A stretch of DNA of 55,764 bases from a virus (taxonomy: Duplodnaviria > Caudoviricetes), in the IMG/VR virus record IMGVR_UViG_3300006927_000008, positions 1-55,764 of that record; one strand, 5' to 3'. The position numbers were made by a program, and so were the translations under genes. The notes under the pieces are model-generated. The model saw nothing but the letters and a program-made list of their open reading frames with translations. It was not told the origin of the DNA and made no database searches. Of this stretch, positions 24,338 through 35,139 are shown in pieces (the stretch's first letter is position 1; each line of letters begins with the position of its first letter).

Positions 24338-24683
24338 ATTCTACAACTACAAGGTTGAATTTAGGAACAGAGTTTGATAGATCTGATTCTATGTCATATT
24401 GATCTAGTAGTTTTGCCATGTTGCCTTCACACTCTTCATACATATAATACATCATCCTACCAAGTGTGCTTGTTAGGCCTTGTTCTTCTAGATGTTGGAT
24501 AACCAGGTTGGCTACCATCCATCTCCTGAAAGCTTTATTTTGTACCAAGTCCTCATTGGCGAGTAGTGTTGGTACTTCTTTCCGGAGTGCTGCTATTTCG
24601 CTTGTAATTTGTGAAGCGATAGCAATGAGTCTATTTTTGAGTACATCCTCATCAACTTCGAGGAGTGCTGGCACGTCGTCCAT
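24303..24683 (-). CDS. hypothetical protein
   Basis: GGAAGGTG RBS. Confidence 0.65.
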   Translation of the reverse strand: MDDVPALLEVDEDVLKNRLIAIASQITSEIAALRKEVPTLLANEDLVQNKAFRRWMVANLVIQHLEEQGLTSTLGRMMYYMYEECEGNMAKLLDQYDIESDLSNSVPKFNLVVVEYGEENDDDDNT

Positions 24684-24820
24684 TTAACACCTTCCCATTA
24701 ACCATTTCAGTAGTTGAGGCTAACTAATGACACGTTCAAATTCTGCTGGGTGAGCCGGGAGACTGTGACAGCATTGATGTATGCCACTAGTTAGCCTGTA
24801 GTATAAATATCTGATACGTC

Positions 24821-25378
24821 CTAATCTAATACTTCATCTTCATCAACCACGACATATGACTTCGTGTCTGTATTCCATTCGACAGGTGTGAGTTCGTAGT
24901 TATCATGCTCTATTGGATTATAGTCAACGAGCTTCTTGTCTATCATCTCACCTACGTATGAGAGTGGAATTGGTATATAGAAATCGGCGGTATTGGGATT
25001 GAAAATCATGTTACCCATAAAGGCCTTATTCGTAGCATTCATCTGATCATATAAAAACATCAATGTAGTTTCCATCAAGGCAAACTTTTTACCAAAATTC
25101 TTATAGATCACCCTGGATGAGAGCTTCCTATTTGAATAGCCAAGAGCCAAAGCCTTGCTCGTAAAGGCTACAGTAGCGAGTGATTCCTCACTGATGTTGA
25201 CATGGAAGAATACCCCATTCCTAACATTGACGATGACCCATACTTTGTAGTCATTATCAATGATCGAGTTCATAACGATCTGGGCACTAAGTTGGCCCGG
25301 AGTCTTTAAGATCTCTGCTCTATCCTTAGGTGTTTTATTTGACTGTAGCAATTTCTGCTCCGCTACGAGGAATAACAA
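24821..25378 (-). CDS. hypothetical protein
   Basis: 185 aa; start uncertain. Confidence 0.55.
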   Translation of the reverse strand: MLFLVAEQKLLQSNKTPKDRAEILKTPGQLSAQIVMNSIIDNDYKVWVIVNVRNGVFFHVNISEESLATVAFTSKALALGYSNRKLSSRVIYKNFGKKFALMETTLMFLYDQMNATNKAFMGNMIFNPNTADFYIPIPLSYVGEMIDKKLVDYNPIEHDNYELTPVEWNTDTKSYVVVDEDEVLD

Positions 25379-26024
25379 TACCAGTCTGCTCCTCGATCAT
25401 CTCTGGATTGGAGCATGACTCGTTGAATGTTGCGAACTCTGTTCCTGATTCCCATCTACCACACGAGGCAAACAGACAGCCAAACATGTTCGATAGATAG
25501 TCAGCCGAAGAGTAATCGCACTTCTTAATCCTATCACATCCAGGCAATAGACCTTCAGCCTTTTCAAAGCCCATCTTAATTAACTTATCTCTAAGCAACC
25601 AGTGTAAGCCAACGATGAACTCTTCTTCACAGAACTTTAACCTTCTACTCATCTGACCAAAGAGTGATCCCCATGTCTGCTCCACCTCATACGAACAACT
25701 ACGTGACATGAGATTATATGAGTCCTTGTAATGAGCAAGAGAACGTAGGTTCTCTAGATCACGAAGGTTATCAAACACCTTGGTTCTGAACGCAGGGTCG
25801 GCTTCAACCATATCATACACATGAGTGTATAGAACATAGTCACCAAAGTCAGCAACCTTATAATCAGTGAACTTTACTCCAACCCTAGCTCTTGAATGCT
25901 GATCGAATTGGCAGATGGGTGTGTTGAAGACACGATACCTAACCATGTCTTCATCGCAGTTACCCATTAGAACCTCAAGTTCTTCAACACCTTTTCTGAG
26001 CTGCACTGTTCCTTCAACTATCAT
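25335..26024 (-). CDS. divergent ThyX-like protein 2
   Basis: FDQHSRARVG, RRLKFCEE and C-terminal PGC...C resemble the ThyX fold; canonical RHR motif absent. Confidence 0.55.
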   Translation of the reverse strand: MIVEGTVQLRKGVEELEVLMGNCDEDMVRYRVFNTPICQFDQHSRARVGVKFTDYKVADFGDYVLYTHVYDMVEADPAFRTKVFDNLRDLENLRSLAHYKDSYNLMSRSCSYEVEQTWGSLFGQMSRRLKFCEEEFIVGLHWLLRDKLIKMGFEKAEGLLPGCDRIKKCDYSSADYLSNMFGCLFASCGRWESGTEFATFNESCSNPEMIEEQTGIVIPRSGAEIATVK

Positions 26025-26818
26025 ATGGCCTCCATGAGTTCTTTATCGCTAATATATAATTCGTTGACTCCCCATTCTGCGACAGCCCGCTTTACAATTT
26101 CAGGGTTCGACCAAAAAATCTTACCAGCGTAATAACCGATCAATGGGAACTTACGCTCGATGGCATCCACAATTTTCGTATACAAGAGTCTCATATACTC
26201 ACCTTCTATATCATCGGCAAACTTCATAGCTGAGATCGAAAGGAGGTTCTGCCCGAAGTGATAAGAGTGCTGATAACACTGTGGTAGGAACGCTCTAGCT
26301 GACTGCCACGAGCCAGATCCTTTCTCCAATACGTCTCCGTATAGATCCTTGAGGCCTTCGAGTGCAGTGATATCATGAGGCATCTGATCCGTAGGAAATA
26401 TGTAATCACAATCTATCTTGTTGTTGTCTCTACATCCAATAGACATGAAAGATGTGAACGGAGTATGGGTGTGCCTATCAAAAAGCCATCGCGGCACTCC
26501 TCGTACGCGGAAGACAAATTGTACCATCTCTCGTGCCTGTGGTAGTGTATTGTCGGTGAGAACAGCTTTGATAACTTCAAGCTTACCCTCGAGAGGAGTT
26601 CTACTCCATTTTTCTTCATAGTCGTTATCTCCCCACGTTGCCGTGGAAGTGACGAACATTGTCTTATATGGATTTGCCGAATAGTCCTCTAGCGTAACTT
26701 CAATGTTCTCTGGAGTGAGTGGCAAATACTCCGTGCGTCTTGCTGGTTGCTCCGATGGGAGTGTTCCCGATACAATGCGTATTGCTTCGATTCGTTCATA
26801 TGTCAACTTATCAGACAC
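26021..26818 (-). CDS. divergent ThyX-like protein 1
   Basis: EMVQFVFRVRGVPRWLFDRH, SWQSARAFLPQ match the ThyX pattern; RHR motif absent. Confidence 0.65.
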   Translation of the reverse strand: MSDKLTYERIEAIRIVSGTLPSEQPARRTEYLPLTPENIEVTLEDYSANPYKTMFVTSTATWGDNDYEEKWSRTPLEGKLEVIKAVLTDNTLPQAREMVQFVFRVRGVPRWLFDRHTHTPFTSFMSIGCRDNNKIDCDYIFPTDQMPHDITALEGLKDLYGDVLEKGSGSWQSARAFLPQCYQHSYHFGQNLLSISAMKFADDIEGEYMRLLYTKIVDAIERKFPLIGYYAGKIFWSNPEIVKRAVAEWGVNELYISDKELMEAI

Positions 26819-26970
26819 CTAAAACCTCCTTGCAATAGCGCTCGAATGTTTCTATCATTAATTCCCTTGTTTCATATGGACCATATCTATCACAGCCCGT
26901 TTCATCCCAAAAATACCACCCATCATCGTCTTTATCAAAATTCTGTTCGTCTGGATGTCTCTCTATCATG

Positions 26971-29900
26971 TCACATATCTATCTTCACCACTTTGCCTTT
27001 GCTTTCCTTCGCAAAACCAAAGCTGGATTTATTGGATGGAATAATTACGACGTCACCAATGTTCATCTTGGTTACATCATAAGTATTAAAGAACGTGACG
27101 AAAACGGATTGTTCGTCATCTTCGAGGACCACTTTGTAATACTCTCTACGTGTCTTCTTTGACTTCTTGATTTGGATTTCCGATACCAATCCATACAGCA
27201 TATATGTTCCATCAGCCAAATCGTTTGGTGCTTGCTTAGGACTCATCATATCAGATACCACTGATGGATCAATAGCGTTTACCCTATCCACGAATAACTT
27301 GAATGGATGCTCCGAGATATAGAACTGGAGGAGTTCCTTTTCGGCTGCAAATGATTCGGTCTGAGTTGACACAACCTCACCTTCGAAAGCTTTTGTTGCT
27401 TCAGCCATTCGAGATTTATATGTGTCGCGTTTCCTCATCGATTTGCATTCAAGGATCTGTTCCAATAAAAGCTTATCCTTTTCGGTCACGGCTGAGAAGA
27501 ATCCCAATCTACACAGAGCCTGATAGCTTCGCTTACCAATCTTCTTTTCATGAATCATCTCAACCAATTCAAGTGGCCTTTCGACGTTTAGTTCAACAAC
27601 GTTGTCGATATCATTTGATGAGATACCCTTCACGATATGCAAACCGTAAATGATTCTGTCGTTATCGTAGTCTACTTCAAACCTGTTTGAGACTTCACCC
27701 ATTTTGAATTCACCAAATTCGACACCTTGACTAATTGCCTGTTTGATGAACCAGCTCAAATCCTCGTTGGTTGAATGATTAAGTAGTGCAGCATAGTACT
27801 CCAATGGATAGTGGATCTTCAAATACATCGATACGTAAGCGTTCATAGCGTAAGCTAGTGAATGCGACTTATTGAATGAGTACTCGGAATACTTACCCAT
27901 AATATCCAACAACCAATCGAGATCACTATCTTCAATGCCAGCTTCTTTAGCACCCTTCTTGAATTTAGCCAGCATTTCAAGGAACCTATCATTCTTGTCT
28001 TGATTCCCCTTGTGCAGTAGCTTTAGCGTTTTTCTACCATCGTCAGCTTCGGCAAGACTGAAGCCACCAATCTGCTGCAGGATAAACATGATCTGTTCCT
28101 GAAAGCATGGAACCCCATATGTCTCCTCAAGGATTTCCCATAGCTTAGGATGGATACCAGCCAAGTGTGCCTTGGCCTTATCTACATCAGCCTTGTTACC
28201 CAAATAGTCGTCGATACCACCAGCGTAGATAACAGCTGGTCTGAACAAAGCGTTGATAGCTGCAAGATCATCAATGCTTTTTGGTTGTACCTGTCTGATC
28301 AAGTTGATCATACTGTCCGAACCAAATTGGAAGATATCCCTACAGTTGCCTCTATAGAATTCATCATACACTTGCTCATCATCGAATTCGCCAGTAAGAA
28401 TAGTCATTTCAAGATCCTTGATGCCATGCTTCGCTTCAATGAACTTCAATGCCTCATTGGTAATTGATGAGCAATTCAACCCAAGAATATCTAGTTTACA
28501 GTAACCAAGCTCACCTACTTCACGCTCATCCCCACCTTCCTGAACACCAGTTACCAATTCACCGGCTGAGTGAATCACTGGAATTTCAGCAGTATTGAGA
28601 GTGGTGTTACAGACCAAGATACCCGAAGCGTGTCTACCAACCTGTCTTACCATACCAAGCATTTTGTCACCAAGTTCGACAAGCATCTCTCGGTGCTCAC
28701 TGATGAATTTCATTAGTTTCGCATTATTCTGTTTTTCGGCAACAGTATATGCTCGATCCAATTCATCGGCAATTGGTAGGTCAGATTTCAATGTATCGAA
28801 AAGTCCAGTAAGTTCATTTGACAACTTGAAGTCAAGACTGAATACTCGACACAGATCCTTTACGATTGTTTTCGCTCCAAACTTACCAAAGTTGGCGATG
28901 TGACAGACCTTCTCTAGACCATACCTCTCCTTGAGGTATCCTTCGACACCTTTTTGAGTATCAGAGTCAATGTCCATGTCGATATCCGCCGGATCAATCC
29001 TCGCCGGATTCATGAATCTCTCGAAAATCAAGTTGTGCTTTATTGGATCAATCTTGGTGATGTCCAATACGAATAGAACCAATGACCCACCTGCACTACC
29101 TCTTCCCGCACCAGTGGCTCCTCCTGTAGCGTAAACGTGGCCAGTAAGGATGTCGTCCAAAATGAGGAAATAGTCGACCATGTCTTTTGAGATGATGATC
29201 TCGGCTTCATACTTGATCCGTGCCATATATTCATCGACCTGATCTTCAGGAATAAGACCTTGCTCAAGTTTGAGCTTGAACTTTTCACGTAAGTTCGTAA
29301 GGAAGATGTCCTTGCTTTCCTTGGCACTATCTGTAAACTTCGGGAAGTTGTCCGGATACTTCGGAATTTCGATATCCACCTTATCACGAATTTCGAATGT
29401 GTTATCGATAGCCACGCCAAGAAAGTCTTCATCCATACCATACTTCCTCGCCTGCTCGTAGATATAGTCAATGTCCTTGATGAACAGATCCCTGACCGTA
29501 TAGAACCAATCCTCAGGAGGGTATGATTCTACCGTCTGGCGTTGCTTGATCACATATAATAGATACTGAATGAACCAATCGTCCTTATTCGCGTAATGAT
29601 AGTCAAGAGCGAACACCGGCTTAAGGCCAGTACGCTTCCATAGTCGGTGATAAAATTCGCCGACCTGTGCCTGCATATCCAACTCGTTCAATTGAACTTC
29701 AAGGTAGAAGTTGTCACCAAACTTATCCGCGAACTTCTTGATCAGAGCCTCAGCTCCTGGCTCATCGCCTTGGAGTACCAATTGATTGAATCGCGATTGG
29801 ATACAACCTGTGGTGATGATGTTGTTATCATCCAGCTGTTCCCATATCATCTCGGTCGATACAAGCGGCTTCCTATAGAAATTCTCGAAGCCCATGTTCG

Positions 29901-30294
29901 ACAACCTGATCAAATTCTTGACACCCTCATAGTTTCGACAGTAAGCCAAGAAGTGATTATTGTTTGATTCAGAATCAAACTCATCGCTATCATCACCAGC
30001 CTCCTTGGCTGCACGCTTAGCATCCCTGAGTTCTTTTTTGGCTTCCTTGAATCTATCAACGTCTGCATGAAACAAATCGTTGATATATAATTCACAACCA
30101 AGGATAGGTTTGACTCCTTGCTCCTTACACTCCTTCCAAAACTTTAAGAACGAAGCCATGTTGCCATGCTCAGTAAGAGCTACGGCATCGGCTCCGATCT
30201 CTTTTGTTCGAGCTACGATGTCAGGTATTCTAGTAACCCCATCACCAAAGCTATATGTACTATGGCCATGAAGTGGAATGTATGATTCGCGCAT
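26971..30294 (-). CDS. dnaE: DNA polymerase III alpha subunit (family C)
   Basis: PHP LHGHSTYS..DG, GRGSAGGSL, FERF, DIDMD, HASG, KLDILGL, IFQF, YSFNKSHS; C-terminal OB fold. Confidence 0.97.
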   Translation of the reverse strand: MRESYIPLHGHSTYSFGDGVTRIPDIVARTKEIGADAVALTEHGNMASFLKFWKECKEQGVKPILGCELYINDLFHADVDRFKEAKKELRDAKRAAKEAGDDSDEFDSESNNNHFLAYCRNYEGVKNLIRLSNMGFENFYRKPLVSTEMIWEQLDDNNIITTGCIQSRFNQLVLQGDEPGAEALIKKFADKFGDNFYLEVQLNELDMQAQVGEFYHRLWKRTGLKPVFALDYHYANKDDWFIQYLLYVIKQRQTVESYPPEDWFYTVRDLFIKDIDYIYEQARKYGMDEDFLGVAIDNTFEIRDKVDIEIPKYPDNFPKFTDSAKESKDIFLTNLREKFKLKLEQGLIPEDQVDEYMARIKYEAEIIISKDMVDYFLILDDILTGHVYATGGATGAGRGSAGGSLVLFVLDITKIDPIKHNLIFERFMNPARIDPADIDMDIDSDTQKGVEGYLKERYGLEKVCHIANFGKFGAKTIVKDLCRVFSLDFKLSNELTGLFDTLKSDLPIADELDRAYTVAEKQNNAKLMKFISEHREMLVELGDKMLGMVRQVGRHASGILVCNTTLNTAEIPVIHSAGELVTGVQEGGDEREVGELGYCKLDILGLNCSSITNEALKFIEAKHGIKDLEMTILTGEFDDEQVYDEFYRGNCRDIFQFGSDSMINLIRQVQPKSIDDLAAINALFRPAVIYAGGIDDYLGNKADVDKAKAHLAGIHPKLWEILEETYGVPCFQEQIMFILQQIGGFSLAEADDGRKTLKLLHKGNQDKNDRFLEMLAKFKKGAKEAGIEDSDLDWLLDIMGKYSEYSFNKSHSLAYAMNAYVSMYLKIHYPLEYYAALLNHSTNEDLSWFIKQAISQGVEFGEFKMGEVSNRFEVDYDNDRIIYGLHIVKGISSNDIDNVVELNVERPLELVEMIHEKKIGKRSYQALCRLGFFSAVTEKDKLLLEQILECKSMRKRDTYKSRMAEATKAFEGEVVSTQTESFAAEKELLQFYISEHPFKLFVDRVNAIDPSVVSDMMSPKQAPNDLADGTYMLYGLVSEIQIKKSKKTRREYYKVVLEDDEQSVFVTFFNTYDVTKMNIGDVVIIPSNKSSFGFAKESKGKVVKIDM

Positions 30295-30845
30295 TAAATG
30301 TCCTTGTGTAGAGAACCAATGTGAACAGTCACATACCCTTTTCTAGGATCGGCGGTGCGCTGTTCCGGTAGTGTATATAATACATCCGCTGCCCTTGCGT
30401 ATACTCTCAACAAGGTCAAGATATCATATGCAAGGTTGTTAACATGCTGACTTCTGTAATAGGCGTGAACGTAAACCATGTTATGCCTATACATAATCTG
30501 GATTAATGAGATACAAGCTGCCAACTCATCATTCCCTTGATATTTTGGCTGAATGACAAACTGCCTTGTATTCAGATCATCATGAAGTAGACGTATGCCA
30601 TTGTAGGTTACGGCTCTAACAATTTGCTTGCGTTCAATCCAATCACCATCTTCAAGAGGCGGGATATCACTATCCTCGGCTATGATATTAGCAGCTACAT
30701 CAAATTTGATATCGAATGAATAGGTTGCGTTAATGATCTCATTAAATTGCTTATTGGCTATCTCGATTTTTTCACCGTGAAGATCTACCCTACGAGTCAA
30801 CAGTATGACCTCTGTTAACAAACTCTGCTTATCATAGAATCTCAT
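30294..30845 (-). CDS. divergent thymidylate-synthase (ThyA/dCMP hydroxymethylase)-like protein
   Basis: TRQ, ACISLIQ, YYRSQ, L.YD, IGSLH; only 183 aa. Confidence 0.65.
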   Translation of the reverse strand: MRFYDKQSLLTEVILLTRRVDLHGEKIEIANKQFNEIINATYSFDIKFDVAANIIAEDSDIPPLEDGDWIERKQIVRAVTYNGIRLLHDDLNTRQFVIQPKYQGNDELAACISLIQIMYRHNMVYVHAYYRSQHVNNLAYDILTLLRVYARAADVLYTLPEQRTADPRKGYVTVHIGSLHKDI

Positions 30846-32005
30846 TGTGATGGCCTCACATCTATAAACGCTCCGCTGACACTCAATCCGGCCAAATCAG
30901 TTGTTGTCATGTTATATGTCCTTGATGCTTCTGCTTCTTTCTGAATGGATACCCAAGTTTTCATAATGCCTATATGATTATCGTAAACATCTTTGCTAGA
31001 AAATGGTGCTGGGCCAAAAACGTTCTCATAACGAACTGGCTTAGGACAGTGATCCCTGAGATAATCAGCATCTTCATCAAGAGTGATATAGTCAAAAGGA
31101 TCTTTACCTGTGACCAGCTTTATGATTTCAAGGTATCTCTGAAACGTTGCAGCTCTACCTCTAGCGAGAATGAAATCCTGCCAATGAAACATAATAACTT
31201 TTGTTGTCGATTTCAATTCCGAGTGCTCAAGAACATCGATCATCTTCATAAACATCTCTGTAAAGTACTCGATTCTGAAATAGTCCTTGTAGCCATTTCT
31301 GTTAAGAGTCACACAATGTGGCTCGTCGGTATGAATGGCAGTCAAGATTTTCCTTATTTGTGATGAATTATCTTGTGGCTCATCACCATATACAAAAACT
31401 GGTTTGATAACCAATAGCTTACCTTTTGGTATCGACTGCTTCACAGCCATTTCGCCTTGATACTTAGTGAGCCCATAGAGTGTTTTAGGATCGATGCGTG
31501 AGTTCTCATGGAAATCACCGGGAGTGATATATGTCATATATTCATTAGGGTCAAATACTGCAGTGGTAGAGAAGTAAATAAAGTAAACATCTCTATTCTT
31601 GTTCCACTGTCTGCGCCATAGATCAATCATATGCTGAGTACCGGTTACATTTACTTTGGTAGCTATGTATGGATCTTCATCACATTTGTCTGTGTTGACA
31701 TATGCGGCTGTATGAATGATAACCAGTGGCCTGTCGAGATCAACATCGTCGAGTCTTTTATCCCAATGATCGATGTTATCAGAACAGCATATATCTACTT
31801 CACGGTTCTTCACTATCCTCATCGGGTTAAAGCGAGATTGGTAAAATTGATTTGTGAAATATTCAGCGTCACCAGTTGTAAGGCGCAAGACAAAACGCTG
31901 TTTCGCCTCCAGTGCTTCAACTATGGCCGAACCTATCATACCACTTTCACCAGTAACCAAGTAAACTGGTAGCTTTGGTTTCTCTTCCTTTTTCCTGCCC
32001 CACAT
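30842..32005 (-). CDS. NAD-dependent NDP-sugar reductase/epimerase (RmlD-like SDR)
   Basis: VTGESGMIG, HTAAY.N.D.CD, VNV.GT, ST..VF, YGLTK. Confidence 0.85.
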   Translation of the reverse strand: MWGRKKEEKPKLPVYLVTGESGMIGSAIVEALEAKQRFVLRLTTGDAEYFTNQFYQSRFNPMRIVKNREVDICCSDNIDHWDKRLDDVDLDRPLVIIHTAAYVNTDKCDEDPYIATKVNVTGTQHMIDLWRRQWNKNRDVYFIYFSTTAVFDPNEYMTYITPGDFHENSRIDPKTLYGLTKYQGEMAVKQSIPKGKLLVIKPVFVYGDEPQDNSSQIRKILTAIHTDEPHCVTLNRNGYKDYFRIEYFTEMFMKMIDVLEHSELKSTTKVIMFHWQDFILARGRAATFQRYLEIIKLVTGKDPFDYITLDEDADYLRDHCPKPVRYENVFGPAPFSSKDVYDNHIGIMKTWVSIQKEAEASRTYNMTTTDLAGLSVSGAFIDVRPSQ

Positions 32006-32472
32006 TATATTTGGCTCGCTCTTATTATGGATATAATAGTTTCAGCTGCTTCAAGTGCAGAGTGTTTATCTGAATTGTCGACTATCGGTATATCGAACTC
32101 TTTATGGACTTTCAGTTCGTTTATGATATTTCCAAATATTCTCTGATGTTCTTCTACTTCTTCTGGTAAAATATCGGTTTCATTTGACGACACTATTCTT
32201 TTCTTAAGATCATCCGCTTCAGCAGAGATATATATAAAATGATGTGTCATTCTTAACCAAGCTGGATGCTCTGGAAAAGCAAGGTTGCATAGTTCATTAA
32301 AGAATACTCGCTCATCTATTTTTCTTCCATAAATCCTGGCGTATGCGATCTGTGAAATAAATGATCTCACAACCACTAGAGCTTTGCCACCTGACTTTTC
32401 TACAAGATGTCTCCGTATTGAATCTTTACCAGTTCTATCTACACCCTCGAGATGTATTACGCATTCTTTCAT
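32005..32472 (-). CDS. deoxynucleoside monophosphate kinase (thymidylate kinase-like)
   Basis: LEGVDRTGKDS P-loop; RSFIS..AY. Confidence 0.75.
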   Translation of the reverse strand: MKECVIHLEGVDRTGKDSIRRHLVEKSGGKALVVVRSFISQIAYARIYGRKIDERVFFNELCNLAFPEHPAWLRMTHHFIYISAEADDLKKRIVSSNETDILPEEVEEHQRIFGNIINELKVHKEFDIPIVDNSDKHSALEAAETIISIIRASQI

Positions 32473-32846
32473 TTGTTTAACCCCATTACTTCAAGTTCGA
32501 CAAAACTACCAATAGCAACTAACTCCTTTGGAGTGAATGCACCAAACATCAACAACTTATTCCATTCACCTTCTTCTGCTTCATCAAAAATAAAAGATGC
32601 CAAATTAGATGACCCTGATGGAAGTGCTTCATTCCAAAGCTCTGCATCCTTCCTAATACACATCAACGTTTCTTGAGCACTCTCCTCAAGAAGAGGGCCG
32701 TCGGCGGTGGTCTCAACTATATAGATATATCCCCAACCATACCTTTCCTTTTTGATGATCAAATCAAACTTGAGATGCTCCCAAGCTTTAATCTCGTGAA
32801 GTGCAGCTGGGTGTTCATAGAAGCAAAGTGTGAATAACCTTTTCAT
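32469..32846 (-). CDS. hypothetical protein
   Basis: ATGA-coupled on both sides. Confidence 0.6.
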   Translation of the reverse strand: MKRLFTLCFYEHPAALHEIKAWEHLKFDLIIKKERYGWGYIYIVETTADGPLLEESAQETLMCIRKDAELWNEALPSGSSNLASFIFDEAEEGEWNKLLMFGAFTPKELVAIGSFVELEVMGLNK

Positions 32847-33859
32847 ATAGTAACCTCAACAAAGTTTTTAATTACGTGTACATCTGGCAGAACACCGGAG
32901 ACCTCTTCGCCAGAAGGGTTGAATAGATACGAGCGAATACCATTGTATGCAAATTCATTGGCATTCAAGACCTCATCATCTATAGCAAACTCAACATTGG
33001 CAGAGCCAAGATGTTCCACTGCGTACTGACCTTTGTTCTCATTCCATATAATACAATCGTATGGTATATTATTCTCGGACAGGAATTTAAGTGTGTCAGC
33101 GTAGATTCGATAAATCTTGTCATATGGCCTTGCCGTCAGCAAGACAATTGTATACTCATTACTCTTTAACCAATTCATGAATGTCCGAATACCAGGAACT
33201 ATTGGTACCTGCGACTTCCTGCCTGATAGTCTATATTCTCTCTTCAACTCATGGAATAGAGTTGGGTTGTGTCGCAAAAAATCCGATGGTTGCTTATCAA
33301 TCCATTCTTCATCGCCCACCTGAAGAGCAAAGTAAGTCATAAGAGGTTTAGGGTATTGAGCGATGACACCATCAATATCTATAAGAGCTATAGGATGGGT
33401 AGACTTCTTGAGTTTTTCGATCGTCTGCTGCTGTCTAAACTTAGCATCTACCACAGTACTCTTTTCATCAAACTTACGAATGAAATCCTTTGTATCAAAA
33501 CCATTCAATATAGCTATAGCAATGGTATATTTGACAATATCTACAATGTCTTCAAGAAGGTTATCCTGAATGGTTTGTTGATCTGTCGTAGCATGCATCT
33601 TCCAATCAAAATTATCAAGCAGACCATTAACCTTTCTGGACATAGCAAGGATATATTCCTTATTCCAGTCTAGCTTGTCACCTTCCAAGCCTTTAATGAG
33701 TACATCTAAATCTAGACCTTGAGCTTTGAAGAACTCTTTACCAAAACGTTTCTGTATTCCAAATAACCAATCTATTGGTACATCTTCTATCATAACCAAG
33801 CTCTCATTATATCGTGTGCCTCCTTCAGTACGTCGTTGAACTTTACTCCATGCTTCCAC
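32843..33859 (-). CDS. all-alpha dUTPase-like domain fused to HAD 5'-nucleotidase-like domain
   Basis: WK.H and EDIVDI.KY N-terminally; DIDGV, LTARP, IDD C-terminally; start uncertain. Confidence 0.7.
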   Translation of the reverse strand: MEAWSKVQRRTEGGTRYNESLVMIEDVPIDWLFGIQKRFGKEFFKAQGLDLDVLIKGLEGDKLDWNKEYILAMSRKVNGLLDNFDWKMHATTDQQTIQDNLLEDIVDIVKYTIAIAILNGFDTKDFIRKFDEKSTVVDAKFRQQQTIEKLKKSTHPIALIDIDGVIAQYPKPLMTYFALQVGDEEWIDKQPSDFLRHNPTLFHELKREYRLSGRKSQVPIVPGIRTFMNWLKSNEYTIVLLTARPYDKIYRIYADTLKFLSENNIPYDCIIWNENKGQYAVEHLGSANVEFAIDDEVLNANEFAYNGIRSYLFNPSGEEVSGVLPDVHVIKNFVEVTI

Positions 33860-34737
33860 TGAGCATAACGCCCAAGGTTCCTTATATGGTTCACTCGCTT
33901 CATGTCAATCGAATTGACGATCTGAATGGGAATGTTCTCAAAACTTTTCAATACCGCACAACCCATAAATGGATCGTCAATCTTATCGAAGGCTACTCTT
34001 CTTTCAAAGACGTTATAGTCATCGAAAAATGACACGCGATCAAATGAGTTACATGTACTATACACATAAGAATATCCGGCCTTGCGCATTTGATCTAGCA
34101 AATAATTTTCACCGCGCTCAGTAACATAAAACGACTTTGGTTCTACTTTCATATCACAACCAAACAAAAGCTCATCAATCATCTGCTGAAAAACTTTGAG
34201 ATTAAGAGTATTCACCAGCTTCCAATAGCTGTACCTCTTCCCATCTTCATCTGTAATTATACGGAGCTGCATATCTACATGACTAACGTTTTTGTCTATG
34301 ATCTGGCCGCGGTCTCTACAGACATTAAGCATTCTTGAGAATAAGCCTAAATAACTATGTTCACCAAGATCATCAAATGTGATATGACCAATTTCCGTTT
34401 CGCCGGCAGACAAAAAGGTGGATTCATACTCCTTTTTACCTCTAGTCTTTAGAGAGTAGTATCGCTTGAATTTTTCATCGGCTGTAGCAGATATATCAAC
34501 ACCATCATAGTAGCCTACCTTAGCCATGCTGATGATCTGTATTGGGAAACCAAGCCCAGCGCCATGCTTCCTAAAAAAGTCTACGGTTTGATCGTCTAAC
34601 GTTATAAGTCTAGGGCCAAGTGAATATTTTGAATTCAACTGGCCCATTGGATTTCTATCGAAGAATTTGAATGTAGGATTAAGATATGCAAATGTAATCC
34701 CAGCTACACCTCCACCCAAAATGTAATTCTTTGTCAT
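33790..34737 (-). CDS. FAD-dependent protein, UDP-galactopyranose mutase-like
   Basis: ILGGGVAG N-terminus and LGRYAQWK C-terminus. Confidence 0.6.
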   Translation of the reverse strand: MTKNYILGGGVAGITFAYLNPTFKFFDRNPMGQLNSKYSLGPRLITLDDQTVDFFRKHGAGLGFPIQIISMAKVGYYDGVDISATADEKFKRYYSLKTRGKKEYESTFLSAGETEIGHITFDDLGEHSYLGLFSRMLNVCRDRGQIIDKNVSHVDMQLRIITDEDGKRYSYWKLVNTLNLKVFQQMIDELLFGCDMKVEPKSFYVTERGENYLLDQMRKAGYSYVYSTCNSFDRVSFFDDYNVFERRVAFDKIDDPFMGCAVLKSFENIPIQIVNSIDMKRVNHIRNLGRYAQWKHGVKFNDVLKEAHDIMRAWL

Positions 34738-35139
34738 TTAGTATCCCGAATCTATGCGTTCATGATTTTTCTTATTTTTCGCTCTATATAATTCCATGAG
34801 CTTTACTGGTGTGATGCCTGACAAGATCATTAGCTCCAGCATCAAATGTACCGAGTCAATGATTTCCTCTTCAAACCCTTCTCTATCATAATCATAAACC
34901 TGTGTTTGTCTGTTCGGTCTATTCTTGAGATGCACTACTGTTTCGAATAGCTCTTGTATCACATGAAAGACACATTCCCTATAGACCTTCACATCTTCTT
35001 TTTGAGACAGATCAAGAGGATACTTCGGAAGCATTCCAAGACCTCTGTAACGATCCATAAGTGCATTCTGTCTAAGGAACAATTCATCTAATCTGTCAGC
35101 CCTGACGGCCGAGTTAGATCCGTCTTTCAAATCAACCAT
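34738..35139 (-). CDS. dimeric dUTPase/MazG-like nucleotide pyrophosphatase
   Basis: QELFE, EEEIIDSVH, Y..KN..N..R...GY. Confidence 0.75.
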   Translation of the reverse strand: MVDLKDGSNSAVRADRLDELFLRQNALMDRYRGLGMLPKYPLDLSQKEDVKVYRECVFHVIQELFETVVHLKNRPNRQTQVYDYDREGFEEEIIDSVHLMLELMILSGITPVKLMELYRAKNKKNHERIDSGY

